DNA of 64,000 nucleotides from Candidatus Bathyarchaeota archaeon (GTDB lineage Archaea; Thermoproteota; Bathyarchaeia; 40CM-2-53-6): NCBI GenBank assembly GCA_963733055.1, contig CAVTBR010000003.1, positions 512,001 to 576,000 of the forward strand, read 5' to 3'. Shown piece by piece: positions 58,658 to 64,000 of this stretch (position 1 is its first letter; each line of letters starts with the position of its first letter). The notes under the pieces were generated by a model. It saw only the letters and a program-made list of their open reading frames with translations, ran no database searches and was not told where the DNA came from. The position numbers and the translations under genes were made by a program.

Positions 58658-60334
58658 TTACTTCGTCTTGATCATGCCGTTTTCGATGGTCAAGAGTTCG
58701 GAGCTGGGTGTGTTGAGTGCGCCGAGTGGGCATCCGCATCCTGCGGAGTGGCCTTTACCTTTTCGTAGAGTGCCCTTGTAGAGGCCTTGTTCAAGAGTTG
58801 TGTTATGGGCCTTCTCCCATTCCGCTATTGGGATTCCGTACTTGGGCTGGATAGCGTCTCTGTACCATTCGGGGATTACGTTGAAGGCGCAGAATGGGAT
58901 TATTCTCATGTCTGGGCTGAGGTAGTGGATGTCGCATCGTCGTAGGCGTTCTTCGTCGTGGTTGTACTTGTCCATGAAGTGCATCATGCCGAGGAACATA
59001 GATTTGTGGTGGAATGCTCCCAGGGCGCTGTAGTCGTTCTTGACGAGTGCGTTGAAGAGTAGTTTACTCAACGCTAGGCCCTTGGGTTGTTTGCTTCTGT
59101 CGATGAATGTTCCCATCTTGGCCAGGACTTTCGCTACGACTAGGTACTTGTTCTTGCCGGACTTCAGTTCGTCGGCTTTCTCCTCCAAATATTCCAGAAG
59201 TCCTTCTAAGTCGACGAAGGAGGCTATTGGGACGAGTTTGTCGCCGTCTTTGAAGACGTATGTACCTGCGCCGCACGCGAAGTGTATGGATAGTTCGTAT
59301 CGGGGGCGTTTGGTTAGGGCTTCGACGAAGTGTGTGATTGGGACGCAGCTTGGTACTGGGAACCATGACTCTCTTCCGACCTCTCCGTTTGTTTGTTCCT
59401 CAATGCGTTCGATGCAGTCGGGGATTGTTATTCGGTACTTCTCTCTCTCTGACTTTGAGAGTCTGCCTGTGAGGGATACTGGTTGGAAGTTGACCGCGTG
59501 AATTGTATCCATGTTCCTTTGTCCGAAGCGGATTAGGCCGCCGAGTTCGTGGTCGTTAATGCTCTTGATGACGGTTGGGACTAGAACTACGCCCAAACCG
59601 GCCTTTCGGCATTGCTCAATCGCGATTGGGGCTTCCCAGTGATTCTTGGGGTTAGTTCTTGGTGTGACTCCGTCAAAACTCATGTAAACGGTGTTTACAC
59701 CTGCGTTTCTAACTCTCAATGCCATCTCGGGGTCCTGTGCTAGGTTGATGGCGTTGCTGTTGAGCTGTATGTGCTCAACGCCTTCCTCTCTGCAGATCTT
59801 GATAATCTCAGGAAGGTCGTCCCGGAGGGTTGGTTCTCCACCGGTAATTTGAATTGCATTTCCAGGAACTGGCCTTTCCGCGCGTAGAACTTGGACCATT
59901 TCACGGATCTTCTCTTGGGTCGGCTCATACACGTAAGCGCCCTCGACGCCTTTCTTGGCGTAGAAGAAGCAGTACCAGCAGGTGAGGTCGCAGCGGTTCG
60001 TGATTACGAGGTTGGTTAAGCCTGAGTGGCTTAGGTGGCTTGTGCACAACCCGCAGTTGGTTGGGCAGGCACATTTCTCCAAGGGTACGTTCGGGTTCTC
60101 GATTCCCTTTCCGTTGTGCGAGAATTTGGCGAACTTGTAATACATGTCAGCGGAACCAAAGTAAAGTTCCTCAACCTCCCCGTGCTCTGGGCAGGTTTTG
60201 GCTATCCAAATCTTTCCTTCTCTTTCGTATACGTTAGCGGGAAGGATTCGGTTGCAGTCGGGGCAGATGCTTCGAGTTTCTCGAATCTGTTTAGTCTCGG
60301 TCCTTTCAATCTGAATTGTTTCCATATTAACCAC
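58658..60334 (-). CDS. tes: Tetraether lipid synthase (Tes/GDGT-MAS radical SAM enzyme)
   Basis: N-terminal CPDC..CPEHG, CPTNCGLC..H, radical SAM CDLTCWYC, NFQPVS, CDIHY..IPFCAFN. Confidence 0.9.
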   Translation of the reverse strand: MVNMETIQIERTETKQIRETRSICPDCNRILPANVYEREGKIWIAKTCPEHGEVEELYFGSADMYYKFAKFSHNGKGIENPNVPLEKCACPTNCGLCTSHLSHSGLTNLVITNRCDLTCWYCFFYAKKGVEGAYVYEPTQEKIREMVQVLRAERPVPGNAIQITGGEPTLRDDLPEIIKICREEGVEHIQLNSNAINLAQDPEMALRVRNAGVNTVYMSFDGVTPRTNPKNHWEAPIAIEQCRKAGLGVVLVPTVIKSINDHELGGLIRFGQRNMDTIHAVNFQPVSLTGRLSKSEREKYRITIPDCIERIEEQTNGEVGRESWFPVPSCVPITHFVEALTKRPRYELSIHFACGAGTYVFKDGDKLVPIASFVDLEGLLEYLEEKADELKSGKNKYLVVAKVLAKMGTFIDRSKQPKGLALSKLLFNALVKNDYSALGAFHHKSMFLGMMHFMDKYNHDEERLRRCDIHYLSPDMRIIPFCAFNVIPEWYRDAIQPKYGIPIAEWEKAHNTTLEQGLYKGTLRKGKGHSAGCGCPLGALNTPSSELLTIENGMIKTK

Positions 60335-60577
60335 CGTCTAAGGTAAACTATCCTCGCCGAAGGTTTTCATCTATATTAACGGTTTCCAAACCAAAGCTAA
60401 GGTGAAACGTGGGAACCGAAAACACCCCATTTCCACCCTTTTCACCCCGCTACTAGGGGGATACGGAGTACCAACCGCTGGTCGGTTCCATCTGGATTCT
60501 TGAGTGCATCATACCATCGAGGGTCTCAAAAGCAATTAATTTGGTGTGTAGACTTGCGGTTTCCTGCTGGTTGACCC

Positions 60578-61060
60578 ATGTCCCAAGAGTCGAAGAGCCC
60601 GAGGGAGTCGTTGACGACTATGGTCAGGATTATGATGCCTATGGACGCGAACAATTCTGGCAACGTCTTCGGTGGCGCAATATTACGACTAATCGATGAA
60701 GTGGGGTCCGTCGTAGCTCTCAAGCATGCACGCACAAACGTCGTGACCGCGTCCGTTGACAGAATGGACTTCTATTCCCCCGTCTACATCGGGGACATGC
60801 TCCGGCTTAACGCTTCCATCAACTTCGTTCACCGCACCTCGATGGAGGTAGGGGTTCGTGTAGAGGCTGAGAACCCTTTCACGGGCGAGGTCAGGCATAC
60901 GGGCACCTCCTTCTTAACGTATGTCGGACTTGATCAGAAACGAAAACCCACTATCGTCCCCGCGTTGAGATTGGAAACTGACGAGGACAAGAGGCGGTGG
61001 GCAGAAGGTCAGGAAAGGCGGAAGGCAAGGCTGAAAGAAATCGGCAGACACGAGGATTAA
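60578..61060 (+). CDS. Acyl-CoA thioesterase (HotDog fold)
   Basis: DANNSGNVFGG, VVTASVD, TSMEVGV. Confidence 0.92.
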   Translation: MSQESKSPRESLTTMVRIMMPMDANNSGNVFGGAILRLIDEVGSVVALKHARTNVVTASVDRMDFYSPVYIGDMLRLNASINFVHRTSMEVGVRVEAENPFTGEVRHTGTSFLTYVGLDQKRKPTIVPALRLETDEDKRRWAEGQERRKARLKEIGRHED

Positions 61061-61148
61061 CGATAAACCTCCATAGGTACGCGACTAGATTGGAAGGTTC
61101 AGGGACCTTGGCAAAGATTCAACAATCAGTGTTGTTAGGTAGAATCTT

Positions 61149-61388
61149 GTGGTTGAATCTGTGATTGGAGTAGTCATAACATTCGACGATCAGGAAAACA
61201 AGGCGTGGATAACGCTTTCCGAGCCGAACCTTGACGCGTTCATTGGCCACGATGCAACATTCCAATTCTCCAAGACCAAGGATTTCAAGGGCAAAGTCGT
61301 TGGCGTGGAGGATGATTTTCTCGTCGTGAAGTTTGAGGAACCACCCTTAGGCCTTGGGCAGGGAAGCCAAGTAGCGATTGCAGAGTGA
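61149..61388 (+). CDS. Small acidic beta-barrel protein resembling ribosomal L35Ae
   Basis: FIG..FKGKVV..VVKFE..GLGQGSQVAI pattern. Confidence 0.55.
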   Translation: MVESVIGVVITFDDQENKAWITLSEPNLDAFIGHDATFQFSKTKDFKGKVVGVEDDFLVVKFEEPPLGLGQGSQVAIAE

Positions 61389-61512
61389 TCAGGTTTCGAA
61401 TATTGAGTAAATCGTGTACCCAGGCAGCCAGGCGACGGGTAACTATAATTCCATGAACAATCGCTGCAGTACTCCAATGGTATGATCGCGAGAGCTGCAT
61501 GGGGTCGAATAT

Positions 61513-61857
61513 TTGATCAGGAATATAGAGAAAGATTGGCGCGAGCGTGTTGTGAAAAACAACCTAGACCTGATCATACTCCGACTCCTTAGGTCCAGGC
61601 CACAGTGGGGTTACGAGGTTAACATTGCAATTCGAGACCGATACCGAGTTTACCTGAGCGCAGGGACTCTATACCCGCTCCTCCACTCCCTGGAGGCTGA
61701 CGGATTTATACAAGGGGAATGGGAAGCGCAGAAGGGCCGAGGAAGAAGAATTTATAAAATAACTGAAAGCGGAATCAATTTCTTAGAAGCGGGCGAGCGC
61801 GCCACCCTAGAGCTGGCGAGGCTTATACAAGGACAAACCGCACCGCAGAAACCGTAG
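61513..61857 (+). CDS. PadR-family transcriptional regulator
   Basis: WGYE, GTLYPLLHSLE, RRIYKITESG. Confidence 0.93.
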   Translation: MIRNIEKDWRERVVKNNLDLIILRLLRSRPQWGYEVNIAIRDRYRVYLSAGTLYPLLHSLEADGFIQGEWEAQKGRGRRIYKITESGINFLEAGERATLELARLIQGQTAPQKP

Positions 61858-61927
61858 CAGTGGTAGAATTTTCTCAGGACGGAAAGCAATATCAGTCGAG
61901 AGAATTAGTTCGAGGCTACGATTTAAC

Positions 61928-62473
61928 TTGTCAACGGGTCCAATCGCCGAAGTCAGAAATGTGCTCAAGGCCAACCCTGTCGCGAGGGTCGTGCTGCTTA
62001 TCGTGATATTGTTTGGCATAACATTGGGGTCCGTGGGAGCGATGCGAGTTGCTCTTCACACCGACTCTCCATTGATGGTTGTATCTTCGGGCAGCATGAT
62101 TCCCACACTGAATGTTGGCGATATTATCATCGTTAGGGGTACGGACCCGAGCACTGTTACTGTCGGAACGATCATCATTTTCCACAGCCCTTACGATTAC
62201 CAGACGCCAATCGTGCACAGGGTCATCGCTGTCGACAACGAAGGCGGAATGATATTTTTCCAAACTAAGGGCGACAACAATGGCGTTGCCGACGGATGGA
62301 AGGTGCCCGGCGCGAACCTGATAGGGGTTTACATCACTAAGATACCCTACGTCGGGCTGCTCAGCCTTGAACTACGAGGCCCACTAGGGTGGATACTAAT
62401 CGTATTGCTCGTGTTTTTGATCATCGCGATGGAATATGATGAGTCAAAGAAATCGCAAAAACGCAAGCGTTAG
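61928..62473 (+). CDS. sec11: Signal peptidase I (Sec11-type)
   Basis: VSSGSMIP, GD, IVHRV, TKGDNN. Confidence 0.93.
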   Translation: MSTGPIAEVRNVLKANPVARVVLLIVILFGITLGSVGAMRVALHTDSPLMVVSSGSMIPTLNVGDIIIVRGTDPSTVTVGTIIIFHSPYDYQTPIVHRVIAVDNEGGMIFFQTKGDNNGVADGWKVPGANLIGVYITKIPYVGLLSLELRGPLGWILIVLLVFLIIAMEYDESKKSQKRKR

Positions 62474-62498
62474 CCCGGAAATAATGAACTCAATTGGG

Positions 62499-62771
62499 CT
62501 AGTCGCCTGTGGTCATGAGTTCGCCTACGATAGCAGTGTGAGTTCGTAAAACACCTTCGATCGTCTGTATCTGAGACCTAACGGTTCCAGTAAGGTTGTT
62601 AATGTCGGATCCTTCAACGAAGGCGATGATATCAAACATGCCCGTCACAGGATGGGCGGTCTTTACTCCCTCAACTTTGGAAATTCTCTCAGTGATCGCC
62701 CGAGATTTTCCGGGTGCAATCTTGATGAGAACATAAGCTCCGATCTTCCGCTTGTCTGCCAACACGACCAC
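62499..62771 (-). CDS. Lrp/AsnC ligand-binding domain protein
   Basis: AYVLI..VTGMFDII..IEGVLRTHT. Confidence 0.9.
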   Translation of the reverse strand: MVVLADKRKIGAYVLIKIAPGKSRAITERISKVEGVKTAHPVTGMFDIIAFVEGSDINNLTGTVRSQIQTIEGVLRTHTAIVGELMTTGD

Positions 62772-62878
62772 GAACGTGTAATTGTTCCCAGCTTGCTATT
62801 CTTAGTTGCGCTTAACGGCCGGTTGGGTTAGAATGAGGCAACTGTTCGCGCCGGTCGCGCTACCGACGGCTCATTCTT

Positions 62879-63460
62879 TCAGGCTGGTTGTTCGTAGGCT
62901 ATGAGGGCTTTCTCTTCGAGGGTCCCTTGCAGTTTTGCTACAGCCCTGTGTACTTCAGTTTCTTTCTTGGCGCCTGTACAAACGAGTTTTCCGCTAGCGA
63001 ACAACAGAATAACCACTTTCGGGTCGTCCATTCGGTAAATCAGGCCAGGAAACTGTTCGGGTTCGTACATTGTGCGTTTGAGTGAATAGGTTGACTTCTC
63101 GAGGTCAATTGCGCCTCCAAGCCCGGCCGAGGCGACTATGTTCTGAATCATGATCTCAGGCTTTCCCAAGATCACAATCCCGTTTCTCTTCAGCTCGTCA
63201 ACAACTTTCATAACCGCCTTCCTAGCCTGCCGCTCAGACTTGGCTCCGGTGCATACCATCTTTCCCGAACTGAAGATCAACGTCGCAGTCTTCGGCTTCT
63301 TCAGCCGGTAGACTAGGCCTGGAAATTGCTCGGGACGGTATTCAACGCCCGGGAATACTCGAACGATAGAGTTTAGGTCAATGTTCTGATGGAGAGTTGC
63401 AGATGCGACAACGTTTTCGATGTTGATGAAAGCTTTCTTGACTATTGGCAGGCTCTCCAC
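62879..63460 (-). CDS. tbp: TATA-box-binding protein
   Basis: Two NxVAS..YxPEQFPGL..FxSGKxVCTGAK repeats. Confidence 0.98.
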   Translation of the reverse strand: MESLPIVKKAFINIENVVASATLHQNIDLNSIVRVFPGVEYRPEQFPGLVYRLKKPKTATLIFSSGKMVCTGAKSERQARKAVMKVVDELKRNGIVILGKPEIMIQNIVASAGLGGAIDLEKSTYSLKRTMYEPEQFPGLIYRMDDPKVVILLFASGKLVCTGAKKETEVHRAVAKLQGTLEEKALIAYEQPA

Positions 63461-63606
63461 CTTATATAAAGCGGGCTTGACAAAATCGTAAATCGGCCTC
63501 CATATATAAGGCCTTTTTAAGCGCCAGCACGCGAGGCACTGTTCGGACTAATGCGCTTTTAGTTTCGCGTTTCGGTGGTGGCGCTTTCAGTGGGTTTCGC
63601 GAAAGG

Positions 63607-63900
63607 CTAGGCGATTTGACGGGTGTCTTTCGGTTTTGATGGAGCCTGTTGCTGACCAAAAACGGATTTTGGAACTTTTACGGTCTTGCCGACTGGCGTT
63701 TTGATAGCGATGTTGAAGTTGATGTTTGTATGGTACTTAGGTACACCGCCAGCGCCAGCACTTTTGTCATCCTTCGCTTTCAGAATTTCGACATTAAGCG
63801 TGATTTTCATTTCGGTTCCGTCATCTAGTCTTACGAGAACGAAATCTGGACCGACAAATCTGTGACCTTCCACTATTGCATCTACAAACTCATCGCTCAA
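63607..63900 (-). CDS. Hypothetical protein
   Basis: 97-aa ORF upstream of tbp. Confidence 0.6.
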   Translation of the reverse strand: MSDEFVDAIVEGHRFVGPDFVLVRLDDGTEMKITLNVEILKAKDDKSAGAGGVPKYHTNINFNIAIKTPVGKTVKVPKSVFGQQQAPSKPKDTRQIA

Positions 63901-64000
63901 ACGAAAATTTCCCTCAGTTTTCCAGTCGTCAGGCAGAGCTAAAAAGCTTGGCGATTTGGTTACTGGACAGCGGAATCATTAGCACTTTGCTGAATGAGTT

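Noticed and set aside
60380-60500. ORB-like replication origin motifs
   Set aside because: Poor match to the ORB consensus and no orc1/cdc6 gene nearby.
1-64000. CRISPR array or rRNA genes
   Set aside because: No regularly spaced repeats with unique spacers and no rRNA signature segments were seen.

Overview
Archaeal chromosome window, TACK-type and probably Bathyarchaeia-like (TBP, class I CCA-adding enzyme, tetraether synthase, Sec11, and integrases ending in FRKRK). 1-15.9 kb is an accessory region of membrane and secreted genes. It holds an extended TerY-P locus (vWA, PP2C and kinase-OB, plus a membrane-anchored PLD nuclease, a stand-alone Lrp/AsnC ligand domain and a secreted OB-fold paralog), an HTH-deaminase and a tRNA-Gly att-like remnant. 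15,885-34,774 is an 18.9-kb element bounded by a perfect 32-bp repeat of the tRNA-Pro 3' end. It has an SSV/pTN3-type split integrase, a second intact integrase, a replication-type NTPase with embedded 9-bp repeats, and defence cargo (type I R-M with a PIN insert, NucS-type nuclease, proteasome-beta-like protein). The target tRNA-Pro(GGG) gene (34,744-34,926, minus) carries four non-canonical BHB introns, and the att repeat stops exactly at the last splice junction. 35-64 kb is core genome: a tRNA-processing cluster, surface proteins with a MoxR operon, moaE, a candidate ~270-nt structured ncRNA, GGR-Tes lipid genes and tbp. Several single-base frameshifts in essential genes point to sequencing indels. 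All protein family calls come from motif recognition by eye, not database searches.
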